A stretch of 64,000 nt of DNA, taken from assembly GCA_030390025.1 (NCBI GenBank), contig CM059432.1, positions 58,344,001-58,408,000 on the forward strand, written 5' to 3'. Source of the stretch: Squalus acanthias. Taxonomy: Eukaryota. The notes beneath the pieces are model-generated. The model did no database searches, was not told where the DNA came from, and saw only the letters and a program-made list of their open reading frames with translations. Positions 37,982 through 50,552 of this stretch are shown here, in pieces (position 1 is the first letter of the stretch; each line of letters opens with the position of its first letter). The translations under genes were made by a program, and so were the position numbers.

Positions 37982-39064
37982 ATGGCCAGAGGGAGGAGTC
38001 CCAACAGGCCACTGTACAGGAGACCTTACCCTCCCAGGGTATTCCGGGAGCAATTCTCCAGCATTCATTTGTCTGAGGAGCAGTGTTTGCGCAGGCTGCG
38101 GTTCAGCAAGGAGGTGGTCACTGAGCTCTGCCAGCTGCTGCAACCAGATCTGCAGCCTCAACTGAAGACCAGGACGTCTCTGTCGGTGGCAGTGAAGGTC
38201 ACAGTGGCTCTGAATTTTTATGCCAGCGGCTCCTTTCAAGCTTCTACTGAGGACATTGCCAATATCTCCCAGTTCGCTGTCCATTGTTGTATCCGAGAGG
38301 TGAAAAATGCCCTCTATAAAAGGAGACATCAGTACATCTCTTTCCCCATGACCCGGGCCAAACAGCATGAACGCGCATGTGTCTTTGCTAGGATAGCGGG
38401 CTTCCCCTTGGTGCAGGGCGCCATTGACTGCACGCATGTGGCATTGCAGGCACCGCATGAAAATGCAGAGGTATTCCGAAACCGCAAGGGCTACCACTCC
38501 TTAAACGTGCAGTTGGTCTGTGACCACAGACAGCTCATACTCGCCGTCAATGCCCGCTATCCTGGCAGCAGCCACGATGCTTTCATCCTGCGCCAGACTG
38601 GTGTGCCAGACCTTTTCCAGGCACCGCATCACCCAAGTGGTTGGCTCCTCGGGGACAAGGGTTATCCACTCTGCACCTGGCTGATGACACCACACCGTAA
38701 CCCCAACACTCCTGCTGAGCTGCGGTATAATGAGAGCCATATCGCCACCAGGAACATAATTGAGCAGACGATCGGCGTGCTCAAGCAACAGTTCCGCTGT
38801 CTGGACCACTCAGGAGGAGCCCTGCAGTACTCGCCTGAGCGAGTCTCCCTGTTCATAGTTGTGTGCTGCATTCTTCACAACCTGGCAATCCTGAGGACCC
38901 AGCCAATGCCACCAGGGATTGGTGCACCACCTGAGGAGGAGGAGGAGGAGGAAGAGGAGGAGGAGGATGAGGAGGATGATCAGCAGCACCAAGGTGGGAG
39001 GGAGTTCCACAATGATGCCACTGCAAGGGCTGTCCGTCAACGGCTGATAACAAGCTGCTTCTAG
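37982..39064 (+). CDS. Harbinger DDE transposase, open frame (360 aa from first ATG)
   Basis: GAIDCTH, HDAFI, GDKGY, IEQTIG all present with no stops; the homologous upstream start codon is degenerate. Confidence 0.88.
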   Translation: MARGRSPNRPLYRRPYPPRVFREQFSSIHLSEEQCLRRLRFSKEVVTELCQLLQPDLQPQLKTRTSLSVAVKVTVALNFYASGSFQASTEDIANISQFAVHCCIREVKNALYKRRHQYISFPMTRAKQHERACVFARIAGFPLVQGAIDCTHVALQAPHENAEVFRNRKGYHSLNVQLVCDHRQLILAVNARYPGSSHDAFILRQTGVPDLFQAPHHPSGWLLGDKGYPLCTWLMTPHRNPNTPAELRYNESHIATRNIIEQTIGVLKQQFRCLDHSGGALQYSPERVSLFIVVCCILHNLAILRTQPMPPGIGAPPEEEEEEEEEEEDEEDDQQHQGGREFHNDATARAVRQRLITSCF

Positions 39065-39343
39065 GCCCCTACTCAGAAGATGGCTTCTGGCATGGAGAAC
39101 AACATCACGGAAAGCAACCCACACCCCCTATTGCCAGCCAAAGCTGCAATTATTCCAAAGGCAAAACATGTAAATTTGAATACAACAACTTTTTTCTTTA
39201 ACAAACTCTGTGTGTGTCATTTATTCAGGACAAACAATTAGAAACAAACATAACAAATCATGAATTAACAGAACTGGTTCTCACAAGCTGGAGAAAAACG
39301 CCAAAACAGTAAACAGATGTAATCAGACAAACCTCGACCTTTA

Positions 39344-41197
39344 CTACAAACATACCCAGCATTTATTTAGACCTCCTACTGTTTGCCCTTCGAGGGTGAT
39401 CTCCAGCCCCTGCGTACTTCCCCCCCTTCCCACCCTACTGCTCCTCCATAATGGGGCCCCAGTGGCTGCAGCAAGGCTGGTGGAAGGCTGCTGAATGTCA
39501 GATGCTGAGACTACAGATGCCCTTGAAGGACGCCCTCGACCAGCTCTGGGCCTGGAGGCCCCGGCTGCAAACTGCACCAACTCTGCCTGGGCAGCATCAG
39601 TCTGGGCTACAGGCGGTGGCAAATGCAATGGGGAAGTGACAGTGGTAGGAGCAGGAATGCTGTCATCCTGAGAGAGGACAGCACCTTCCTGCTCGACCGA
39701 CACACTGGCACTCCCACGGGACAGTACCTCAGCATCCAAAGCAATCTGCTCGAGCACAGATTGCTGGCCTGCTGAGGCACCATGAGAACTCCAGGGCAAT
39801 GTGGCCGACCCAGCAAGGATGGCAGTAGTCAGTGCTTGTGTGACATCAATCTGAGACTGCATGAGAGCAGTCTGAGATTGGATCGCAGCAGCCAGTGACT
39901 GAATTGCAGCACTAAGCCGTTGCGTTGCGTCGGCCTGTGCTGCAGCGGAGTGCTCCACACTCCTTGCCAGTCAATCAATGCTTTCGGACACCCTTGCCAT
40001 TGCACCCATGAGCTCAGTGTGCATGCTCAAGGCCTGGGTGTTCATTTTCACAATGACGTGCTCCTCCTCTGCGTCCAGCGCAGCAGGACTCGCTTGCCTA
40101 CTCACCCTCCGGGGAGATGGCCCCCGAGCTTCCCTACCCCCATGGCATTGCTGCAGCCCGCTGAGTCCCGGAGCTTCGTCCTAATCAGACCCTACCCCCC
40201 TGCTCCCCTCCAGGGAAGGCGTGGTCCCAGTGTCGGAATGGGCTCCCTTGGGAGACGCAGGCGGTGAGGCTCCGGCTTCCTCTTCCTCCTCACCTGGGCT
40301 GTCGCTCCCACTGCTTGGTTGAGGGACAGGCTGGTCAGCTGGTGGTTCACTATCTGAAAGCAGGGAGGTACAAGAGTGGCTTTAGCGTCAGGACAGTGGG
40401 GCAGTAAGGGAGCAAGGACTGGAGACATTTAGTAAGTTGGATTGAAAGTGTAAAAGGCTGGTGTTGTGAGGGGCAAGTGGAATGAGAGAGGAGAGAAAGC
40501 TGATGAACTTACCATTGCTGTCCCCAAGGGGATCAACCTCTCCAGCGGCCACAGCACCTATCACCTGGCTGGCAACGATCCTGTGCATGCGCGCCTCCAA
40601 ATCGCTGAGGGTCTGTAGGTCAGCCAGTCCTCCTCCCATGCATTGCTGCTGGCGCCTGTTGTGAGAGAGCTTGGCCTGCAAGAAAAAGGATGGCGTCTGA
40701 GTGAATGTGCAGCCATGTGCTTGCCTGATGTGCCTCCCATAGTTGAATAGCCCTTAATGTATGCAGCCATGTGCTTGCCTGATGTGCCTCCCATAGTTGA
40801 ATAGCCCTTAATGTATGCAAGGTGTGGAATGTGCGTGTGTGTTTTATGAGATGGCCATAGGTCTTAGATGAGTGTTGGGCATTTGGGGTTTTTAAACCCT
40901 CTGGGCACAGAGTGAAGTTGAGATGGAGGGATGTCGAGGTATTGAAATGCAGCCACTCACCCTGACCACCCGAGCGAGGTCGTTGAACTTCTTCCGACAT
41001 TGGGTGTGGATCCTGGGCACCATGCTCCTGGGTGAGACGTGCTGAGCCACCTCCCTCCACACTCTTCTATATTCGCGTGGCAATAGCCTCCTGCCACTCT
41101 GTGGGTAGAGTACTGACCTTCGGCACTCCACTGCACCAACCAGAGCCACCAAGGCCCAGTCACTGACGCGCTGAGCTAGTTCCCTGGGCCTCTCCAT
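39344..41197 (-). pseudogene. Myb/SANT gene of element C (exons 41197-40961, 40675-40513, 40353-~39344), exon 3 disrupted
   Basis: Exons 1-2 open; in-frame TAG at 40181-40183 and a downstream frameshift. Confidence 0.85.
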
Positions 41198-44089
41198 TGT
41201 TCTTTCCAGCAGATTGATGTACAGGTCTGTCCAGGCCGAGATTCCAGGCTGCAATGAGCAGGTTGTGGCTGGAGAGCAAGATTGACCCTTCCCTTTAAGA
41301 ACTGGCCGGTGCCAGTGTGTCTGTGTTCCATTGCTAACTGACATCACCTGAGCTTCGCCAGCACTCTGAGGTAGCGCCTCGCTCCTCGGCGTTAGCGCCT
41401 TAAGACAGGTGTGTAGCGCCTGATTTAGCGCTCAAATCACCTCCAGGGGCAATAGAGGCCAAGTTTGCAGTCGGAGGTGATAATTAGCGCCAGGCACTAA
41501 ACTTTGCGCTCAGACCATAATTGCGCCCTGAACGGGGCGATACCGAATTTCTCCCCCAGAGAGTTTAACGGTAAAAGTGCATCAACGAATAAGGTGAAAG
41601 CAGGGAATAATGGTAAAAAGTTAAAATTAAAGGCTTTTTATCTGAATGCTTGAAGAATTCATAACAAGATAGATGAATTAGTGGCATAAATAGAGATAAA
41701 TGGCTTTGATGACATAAGGACATAAGGACAGTAGTGAGAAAGGATCTTGGCTCAGTGGATCAGGAAGTAGAATCAGTATGGGTGGAGATAAGAAATAACA
41801 AGGGGCAGAAAACACTGGTGGGATTAGTTTATAGGCCCCCAAATAGTAGCTACACCATTGGACAGAGTATTAATCAACAAATAAAAGGAGCTTGTAATAA
41901 AGGTAATACAGTAATCATGAGGGACTTTAATCTTCATATAGACTGGTCAAATCAAATTGGCAAAGGTAATCTGGAGGATGAGTTCATGGAATGCATTCGA
42001 GGCAGTTTCCTAGAACAATACATCATGGAACCAACCAGGGAACAGGCTATTTTAGATCTTGTATTGTGTAATGAGACAGGGTCAATTAGTAATCTCATAG
42101 TAAAAGATCCTCTGGGGAAGAGTGATCATAATATGATAAAATTACACCTTGAGTTTGAGAGTGAAATACTTCAGTCGGAAACGAGAGTCTTAAACTTAAA
42201 TGAAGCCAATTACACAGGTATAAGGGCAATTAAAAGGTATGACGGTAGATAAGCAGTGGCAAACATTTAAAGAAATATTCCAAAATTCTCAACTAATATA
42301 CATTCCATTGAAAAATAAAAACTCCATGCGAAAAGTGATCCATCCATGGCTAACTAAAGTAGTTCAGGGTAGTATTAGATTAAAAGAAGAGGCGTATAAT
42401 GTTGCAAAGAATGATAGTAAGTCTGAGGATTAGGAGAGCTTGAGAAACCAGCAAAGGATGACCAAAAAATTGATAAAAAGGGAGAAAACAGAATGAGACT
42501 AAACTAGCAAGAAATATAAAAACAGATTGTAAGAGCTTCTACAAGTATGTAAAAAGGAAGAGAGTAGTAAAAGTAAGTGTTGGTCCCTTAGAGGCTGTGA
42601 CAAGTGAAATTAAAATGGGGAATAAGGAAATGACAGAGACTTTAAACAAATATAATGGGGGGAATTTTCTGGTGGGTCAGCAGGCACGTTTGGTGGTGAG
42701 TCAGGTGGGAAAATTATTTTTGACAGCGGGTCGGGACTCCGCTGTCAACCCGCCGCCACACGACTTTCCCAGATTTCGGGTCTGTCAGCGCTGAACAGAC
42801 CTGACACGTAGTGGTGGGGGAGGCAATTCAGGTCATTATGACCTTGTTAAAAGCCCATTAAGAAGTATTTTGAGCTCACCTTTACATTTTACAAGGTCGC
42901 CCACGAGGTCCACACTGCTTGGGGATCAAGTCAGGTAAGGAGGTCGGGAGTTGTATGACCATGGAATCATCTCATTACTTGACAGCTGCAAATGTGCTAT
43001 AAAAGCTGCCATCTCACAGCTGTTCACTTTCCAAGCTCAGAAGCTGTTGCTTACTGCATTTGGAAGACAGATTGAGCTTTATCCAGGTTGCAAGTGTTTG
43101 GAGTAAATTCTCTATCCAGTGTCACCTCATTGGAACAACCTCTCTCACCATTGACAGATCGCTTCTGTCATCTCAAGTTCACCTGCCATCTATTACATCA
43201 GCATTGGTGCCCTTGAAACTATCTCACCTTGGTCATCAGAATCCCACCACAATCAGCACCAAAACCAGCAGCCCCAGGCACACCAGCAGCACCAACAACT
43301 ACACCAACCTTCTCCACAATCAACTGATGCTGCACAGGACAGAGGGCATCAACACCCAACCATATTGCTGCCCAGGAAACCAGGGATGGCCTCACCATGG
43401 CCACATTTACTTCACTTGACACTGTACACCCTGGCTGCCACATGATGCGCCAGGTTGGCACCACCCCACACTAACATCATAATGCAGCCCTACAATGCCC
43501 AAGCCATTCCTTTCACACTCATCACCATTGCTGGGGGGGGGGGGGGTCCGGAGGGATACCGTTATGTCTCACCATTCACTGCAACTCACTAAGCCACTTC
43601 CAAAGGTGCACACAGATCTGACCAAGAACGCAAAATGTTGAAAATAAAGGTTTCAATGTTTGACACCACATTAATATAAACTTTACATGAACATTGGCTA
43701 AAACACACAAGTGCCTTCCCTTGTGTGTTGTTAGTTGGTATGATTGGACTAGGATGAGGGTGAGTGTGAGGGGTGGCTATTGAGATGGGGAAGTGATAAT
43801 GTAGATAGAAAGGGATGGATGGAGGTGCAAGCTATGCTGGTGTGAGTAAGGATGTGCAGGAGTAGGGTAGGAAAGGCAGAGTGATGGGGATGTGATGAGA
43901 GCCACAGCAGGATGAGGTTGAGTGTGGCTTTGCAGTAGCGTTTCGTGATCTACTTAGATCATTGAAAGGTTTGCGCCACTGCAGCCTGGTCCTCCTGATG
44001 ACATCCCTGCTTGTGTCCTCCTGTGCAATGTGCAACCAGGCTGCATTGGTCTCCTGGGGAGGTCACATCCACCCTTTAATACAATAGAG

Positions 44090-45046
44090 ATGGCAAGGCA
44101 GGTGATGTGTTGCAGCTGTAGCATGTGGGAGCTGGTGGACACCAGTGTGATCCAGGGCGACCACGTCTGCAGTAAGTGTCTGCAGCTCGAGGAACTTCGG
44201 CTCAGAGTTGATGAGCTGGAGTCCGAGCTGCAGACATTGCGATACATCAGGGAGGGAGAAAGTTACCTGGAATCTTTGTTCCAGGAGGCAGTCACACCCC
44301 TTAGGTTAAATGCTTCAGATTTGGTCAGTGGTCAGGGACAGGAGGGTATGACTACGAGTGAGGCAGGTATGGGGATCCAGGAGGTAGCATTGGAGGAGCC
44401 TCAGCCCTTGCACTTGACTAACAGGTACAAGGTACTTGCTCCCTGTGTGGACGAGAGCAGGGACTGCAGGGAGGATAAGCAAACTGACCACAGCACCATG
44501 GTACAAGGGGCCATTCAAGTTGGGGGGGTAAAACGAAATGTTGTAGTAGTAGGGAACAGTATAGTTAGGGGGATAGATACTGTTCCCTGCAGCCGAGAGC
44601 GTGAGTCCCGAAGGCTGTGTTGCCTGTCCGGTGTCAGGGTTAAGGACATCTCCTCAGGGCTGGAGAGGAACTTGGAATGGGAGGGGAAAGATCCAGTTGT
44701 CGTGGTCCACGTAGGTACCAATGACATAGGTAGGACTAAGAAAGAGGTTCTGCTGAGGGAGTATGAGCAGCTTGGGGCCAAATTAAAATGCAGAACCACA
44801 AAGGTAATAATCTCTGGATTACTACCTGAGCCACGAGCAAATTGGCATAGGGTAAATAAGATCAGAGAGATGAATGCGTGGCTCAAAGATTGGTGTGGGA
44901 GAAATGGGTTTTGATTCATGGGGCACTGGCACCAGTACTGGGGAAAGAGAGAGCTGTTCCGTTGGGACGGCCTTCACTTGAACCATGCTGGGATCAGTGT
45001 CCTGGCGAATCGAATAACTAGGGCTGTAGATAGGGCTTTAAACTAA
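44090..45046 (+). pseudogene. CR1 ORF1 (zinc finger/coiled coil + SGNH esterase) with one internal TGA
   Basis: CCSCSMW..HVCSKC, VVVGNSIVRG, VHVGTND, DGLHLN; TGA at 44912-44914. Confidence 0.85.
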
Positions 45047-46872
45047 ATAGTGAGGGGGAGGGTTCAGGTGAGGGGAAATTTAAAAAGTCAAAGAGGAAGG
45101 AGAAGGCAATAGTGCAGGGTAGCGATAGGGGTAATGATAACCAGAGTGTGACAGGAAGGGACAGAGCGTATAAACATAAGAGTGCATCAGAAAGTAGAGT
45201 CAGAGTAGGGAAAAATGGTAAAAAGACAAAATTAAAAGCACTTTATCTGAATGCACGCAGCATTCATAACAAGATAGATGAGTTGACGGCACAAATAGAA
45301 ATAAATGGGTATGATCTGATAGCCATTACAGAGACGTGGTTGCAAGGTGACCAAGGCTGGGAACTGAATATTATGGGGTATTTGCCATTACGAAAGGATA
45401 GGCAGAAAGGAAAAGGTGGTGGGGTAGCTCTGTTAATAAAGGATGAGATCAGTGCAGTAGTGAGAAATGGAATTGGCTCAGAAGATCAAGATGTAGAATC
45501 AGTTTGGGTGGAGATAAGAAATAATAAGGGAAAGAAGTCACTGGTGGGAGTAGTCTATAGGCCCCCTAACAGTAGCTACACTGTAGGACAGAGTATAAAT
45601 CAAGAAATAATAGGGGCTTGTAAGAAAGGTACTGCAATAATCATGGGCGATTTTAATCTTCATATAGATTGGACAAATCAAATTGGCAAATGTAGCCTTG
45701 AGGAAGAGTTCATAAGAGTGTATTCGGGATGGTTTCTTAGAACAATATGTTATGGAACCAACCAGGGAGCAGGCTATTTTAGATCTGGTAATGTGTAATG
45801 AGATAGGATTAATTAATAATCTCATAGTAAAGGATCCTTTAGGGAAGAGCGATCATAGCATGATAGAATTTCAAATTAAGTTTGAGGGTGAGAAACTTGG
45901 GTCTCAAACTAGTGTCCTGAACTTAAATAAAGGCAATTACAAAGGTATGAAGACAAAGTTGGCTAAAGTGGACTGGGAAAATAGATTAAAGGGTAAGATG
46001 GTAGATAAGCAGTGGCAGACATTTAAAGAGATATTTCTTAACTCTCAGCAAAGATATATTGCAGTGAGAAAGAAAGACTCTAAGAGAAGAATGAACCATC
46101 CGTGGCTAACTAAGGAAGTTAAGGATGGTATCACATTGAAAACAAAGGCATACAATTATCCCAGAGGATTGGGAAATTTTTAGAAACCAGCAAAAAAAAT
46201 AGAGAGAAGATAGATTATGAGAGTAAACTAGCAAGAAATATAAAAAACAGACTGTAAGAGCTTCTACAGGTATATAAAAAGGAAGAGAGTAACTAAAGTA
46301 AACATTGGTCCATTAGAGAATAAGACTGGGGAATTAATAATAGGAAACAGGGAAATAGCAGAGACTTTGAACAAATATTTTGTATCGATCTTCATGGTAG
46401 AAGACACTAAAAGCATCCCGGTAATAATAGATAATCAAGGGGCTATAGGGAGGGGGGTAGCTTAAAACAATCACCATCACGAGAGAAAAAGTACTAGGCA
46501 AACTTATGGGACTAAGGGGTAGAAATTAGGTCGCGCCCCATTTGGGGCGCAAATATCGTCCGGACGCAAATATTAGCGCCTGGCGCTAATTATCGGCACT
46601 GACAGGAAACTTCACTTTTACCGCCCCGGGAGGTGAGTGGAGCGCTAAAGTAGGCGCTGCACACCTCTCTTAAGGCGCAAAGGCCAAGGAGTGAGGCGCT
46701 AACTCAGCGCGCGAGCGCAGCGCAGCTGCTGCCAGTTAGCGAGGGAACACAGACACAATGGCGCCGGACACTTCTTAAAGCGGGGGGGGCCACTTGCTCC
46801 CCAGCCACACCCTGCTCATTGCAGCCTTGAATCTCAGCCTGGAGAGACCTGTAATCCATTTTGCTGCCAAGC

Positions 46873-47894
46873 ATGGAGAGGGTGAGAGAACGCGCTCATC
46901 GCTTCACCGAGCGGGCCTTGGATGCTCTGGTTGACGCAGTGGAGCGCAGACGATGCATGCTGTTCCCGGAGAGTGGCAGGAGGCCTTTGCCACGCGAGTT
47001 CAGAAGAGTGTGGAGGGAGGTGGCTCAGAGCGTCTCCTCCAGGAGCATGGTGCCCAGGGCCCATGTTCAATGCCGCAAAAAGTTCAACGACCTCACTCGG
47101 GTCGTCAGGGTGAGTGGCTTTTTCTCAATACCTCTCCATCCCTCCATCTCAACCTCACTCTATGGCCAGAGGGTCTTATAACCCCAATGCACAACACTCA
47201 TCCAACACCTATGGCCCTTTCATCAAACACACACACACATTCCACACTTTGCATACAGTAAGGGCTATTCACCTATGGGAGGCACATCAGGCAAGACCAT
47301 GGCTGCACACAGTAAGGGCTATTCACCTATGGTAGGCACATCAGGCAAGACCATGGCTGCATACAGTAAGGGCTATTCACCTATGGGAGGCACATCAGGC
47401 AAGACCATGGCTGCATACAGTAAGGGCTATTCACCTATGGGAGGCACATCAGGCAAGACCATGGCTGTACATTTACTCAGATGCTGTCCTTTTTCTTGCA
47501 GGCTAAGCTGGCTCATAATCGGAGACAGCAGCAACGGACGGGTGGAGGGCGGCGTCAGCTGCAACCCCTCAGCGATCTGGAGGAGCGCGTCCACAGGATT
47601 GTGGCAAGCCGGGTGATCGGTCCCGTCGCCACTGGAGACGCCGACCCCGTTGTGGACAGCAATGGTAAGGTCATCACCTTTTTGTCCTCTGTCCTTCCAC
47701 TTGTCCCTCACAATACCAGCCTTTGACACTTTCAATCCAACTTGCTAACTCGCTGCACTTATTCCTCCCTTACTGCCACCCTGTCCTCACGCTAAAGCCA
47801 CTCTTGTACCTCCCTGCTTTCAGATGGTGATTCACCAGCTGAGGAGACGGGCCCTGTCATTGCAGCCCCCATATTCTCTTTGCCAGAAAAGTAA
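46873..47894 (+). CDS. Truncated Myb/SANT protein (exons 46873-47109, 47502-47664, 47824-47894; 156 aa)
   Basis: Splice sites intact; frame runs across the deletion junction to TAA. Confidence 0.55.
47251..47466. repeat. 54-bp tandem repeat x4 in Myb intron 1
   Basis: Same unit as 13768-13875. Confidence 0.92.
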
Positions 47895-50134
47895 TGAGGT
47901 ACAGCAACTAAAGTAGCAACAAAGTTAGGTTGAATAGGCAAAACTACCTCACAAAGCGTTGAGTCAATGTAGAAGTCTCTCTCTCTCTCTCTCTCCGAAT
48001 CTCTCTCTCTCTCTCAGAACGAGTGGTGCATAAATGTCGACCACAGAAAAAGACAGGAAGAGGCCCCCTTTAAATAGCGCCCCCCCCCCAGCCCCACACC
48101 GATTGATAACGTTCCAGTCTTCCGGTCGTTTGAAGCGCCAGGCGGTAAGGCAGGGGGCGCCACTCAATTTCCGCTCCGGGGCGCCCCAAGGGCGTTGCAC
48201 CATGGAATGACGTCACAATCTGCGCGCGCAGGTGGTCGCAGCGGTAAGTTTTAGTGCCGCCGCACAATCTCAAGTTAAGTTCTCGAGCGGCGCAAACAGC
48301 GCTGCGCCCGGGCGTTAGCGGCTTAACGCCCCATTAGCGCCCTCTTAAGGCGCTAACGGGAGGCGCAACCAAGTGAATTTTTACCCCTAAAGGTGGACAA
48401 GTCCCCTGGACCTGATGGCCTGCATCCTAGGGTCTTAAAAGAAGTGGATGCAGAGATAGTGGATGCATTGATTGTAATCTACCAAAATTCCCTGGATTCT
48501 GGAGAGGTCCCAGTGGATTGGAAAACCGCAAATGTAAAGCCCCAATTCAAGAAAGGAGGGAGACAGAAAGCAGGAATCTATAGACCAGTTAGCCTAACAT
48601 CTGTCATTGGGAAAATACTGGAGTCCATTATTAAGGAAGTAGTAGCAGGACATTTAGAAAATCATAATGCAGTCAAGCAGAGTTAGCATGGTTTTATGAA
48701 AGGGAAATCATGTTTGACAAATTTGCTAAAGTTCTTTGAGGATGTAACGAGCAGGGTGGATAAAGGGAGGGAGACTACAAAATGCTGCGGTACAGAGGGA
48801 TCTAGGGGTCCTTGTACATGAAACACAAAAAGTTAGCATAAAGGTAAATGGAATGTTGGCCTTTATTGCAAGGGGGATGGAGTATAAAAGTATGGAAGTC
48901 TTGCTGCAACTGAAGAGGGTGTTGGTGAGACCACACCTGGAGTACTGCGTACAGTTTTGGTCTCCTTATTTAAGGAGGGATCTCCTTGCATTGGAGGCAG
49001 TTCAGAGAAGGTTCACTAGGTTAATTCCTGAGATGAAGGGGTTAAGAACATAAGAAATAAGAGCAGGAGTAGGCCATACGGCCCCTTGAGCCTGCTCCGC
49101 CATTCAATAAGATCATGGCTGATCATCGACCTCAACTCTTATGAAGAAAGGTTGAGCAGGTTGGGCCTATACTCATTGGAGTTTAGAAGAATGAGAGGTG
49201 ATCTTATTGAAACGTACAAGATTCTGAGGGGCTTTGACAGGGTAGATGCAGAGAGGATGTTTCCCCTCGTGGGGGAATCTAGAAATAGGGGGTATAATTT
49301 CAGAATAAGGGGGTCACCCACTTAAAACGAAGAGGAGGAGGAATTTCTTCTCTCAGAGGGTCGTGAATCTTTGGAATTCTCTACCCCTTGAAGGAAACCG
49401 GCTGATGACGCGTCATCAAATGATGTCATTAGACCCGCTTCCTTCAATTGGCCGGCAAACGCGCTGGGCGGGCTTAACAAGCCCAATCAACGTAAAATCA
49501 TTCTACACAGCGGGCTGGAGCCAGCAGTGGGGTCGGGGCCTGCCACCAATGTCGTCCGTCACCTGCCGAGGTCGGGGAAATTGCAGCCTTTGTTTCTGTC
49601 TTGACAGTAGAAGACACAGAAAGCATACCAAAAATGAGGGGAACCAAGGGGCTAACACGAGTGAGGAACTTGAAGTAATTAATATCAGTAGAGAAAAAGT
49701 ACTTAAGAAACTAATGGGACTAAAAGCCAACAAATCCCTTGGACCTGATGGCCTACATCCTAGGGTTCTAAAAGAGGTGGCTGCAGAGACAGTGGAAGCA
49801 TTGGTTGTGATCTTCCAAAATTCCCTAGATTTGAGAATGGTCCCAGCAGATTGAAAGGTAGTAAATGTAACCCTGCCATTCAAGAAAGGAGGGAGAGAAA
49901 AAACAGGGAACTACAGGCCAGTTAGCCTCACATCAGTTGTCGGGAAAATGCTGGAATCCATTATTAAGGAAGTAGTAACAGGGCACTTAGAAAATCATAA
50001 TGGGTCGTATTTTGCGACCCCTACGGGTGCGTACAAGGTGCACACGCGCCCGTAGGGGCTGCACAAGTTCCGGGTTTAGGCATGTGAAGTGCATGCGCTA
50101 AACCCGAAACTTGCGATCTGTCAAGAATCATCTT

Positions 50135-50552
50135 GATGTGGAGATGCCGGCGTTGGACTGGGGTGGACAAAAATGAGAAGTCGCACAACACCAGGTTATA
50201 GTCCAACAGATTTATTTAATTTTACAAGCTTTCGGAGCTGTCGCTCCTTCCTCAGGTAAGTTAGCAGTGAGAGAATCTCCCAGAATTCACAATTTAAACA
50301 CAGACAAAATCTATTCAAATATTTCCCTACATCAAAGACACACTAAGAGCACAGCCAAGACAATGAGATGTGTCCCAGGGGGTCCAACGTGTCAAACCAC
50401 CTGCTGGCTGCATATCCTGTCAATTTGTGTTGGTTTCTTGTGTTAGTCTTTTTAAAAAAAAAAACACCTGGGATGACCGGCCATGATGTCAAGTCACGTT
50501 CTGTATCGTGACATGAACCCGATATCGCGATTGAGGCCATCCTCATGAGTGC
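50135..50552 (-). mobile_element. Penelope 3' end fragment
   Basis: Reverse complement matches the end of the 8213-10500 element (THEDGLNRD; ctgttggactataacctggtgttgtgcga). Confidence 0.8.
50222..50259 (-). ncRNA. Minimal type I hammerhead ribozyme motif (Penelope)
   Basis: ttac-CTGAGGA-aggagc-gaca-gctcc-GAAA-gctt-gtaa: core boxes, stems I and II, palindromic AAGCTT. Confidence 0.7.

Larger units (their letters stand above)
37409..41557. mobile_element. Full-length PIF/Harbinger transposon (element C, 4149 bp)
   Basis: TIR GGGGGAAAAATT / AATTTCTCCCCC; AGA TSD; transposase on +, Myb on -. Confidence 0.95.
46516..48387. mobile_element. Internal-deletion derivative of element A (element B, 1872 bp)
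   Basis: Same TIRs as A; TAA TSD restoring CR1 KLMGLKVDKSPGPD; lacks A positions 14266-16650 (junction 47856/47857). Confidence 0.96.
44064..49387 (+). mobile_element. Near full-length CR1 LINE (ORF1 + ORF2), disrupted, RT core deleted near 48770
   Basis: ORF1 from 44090; APE motifs LYLNARS, ITETWL, GDFN; RT fragments; interrupted by element B. Confidence 0.9.
42657..49588. mobile_element. Decayed, internally deleted Harbinger (element G) hosting a CR1
   Basis: Interrupts a CR1 at one point; SANT remnant on - at ~43920-44060 (AAWLHIAQE..QWRKPFNDLSR); ends only weakly inverted, no clean TSD. Confidence 0.6.

Noticed and set aside
37982..39064. Domesticated host genes HARBI1/NAIF1/MSANTD
   Set aside because: The ORFs sit inside TIR/TSD-bounded multicopy elements, so they are transposon genes; no symbol assigned
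47251..47466. CRISPR-like array
   Set aside because: Head-to-tail repeats without unique spacers, in eukaryotic context with no cas genes
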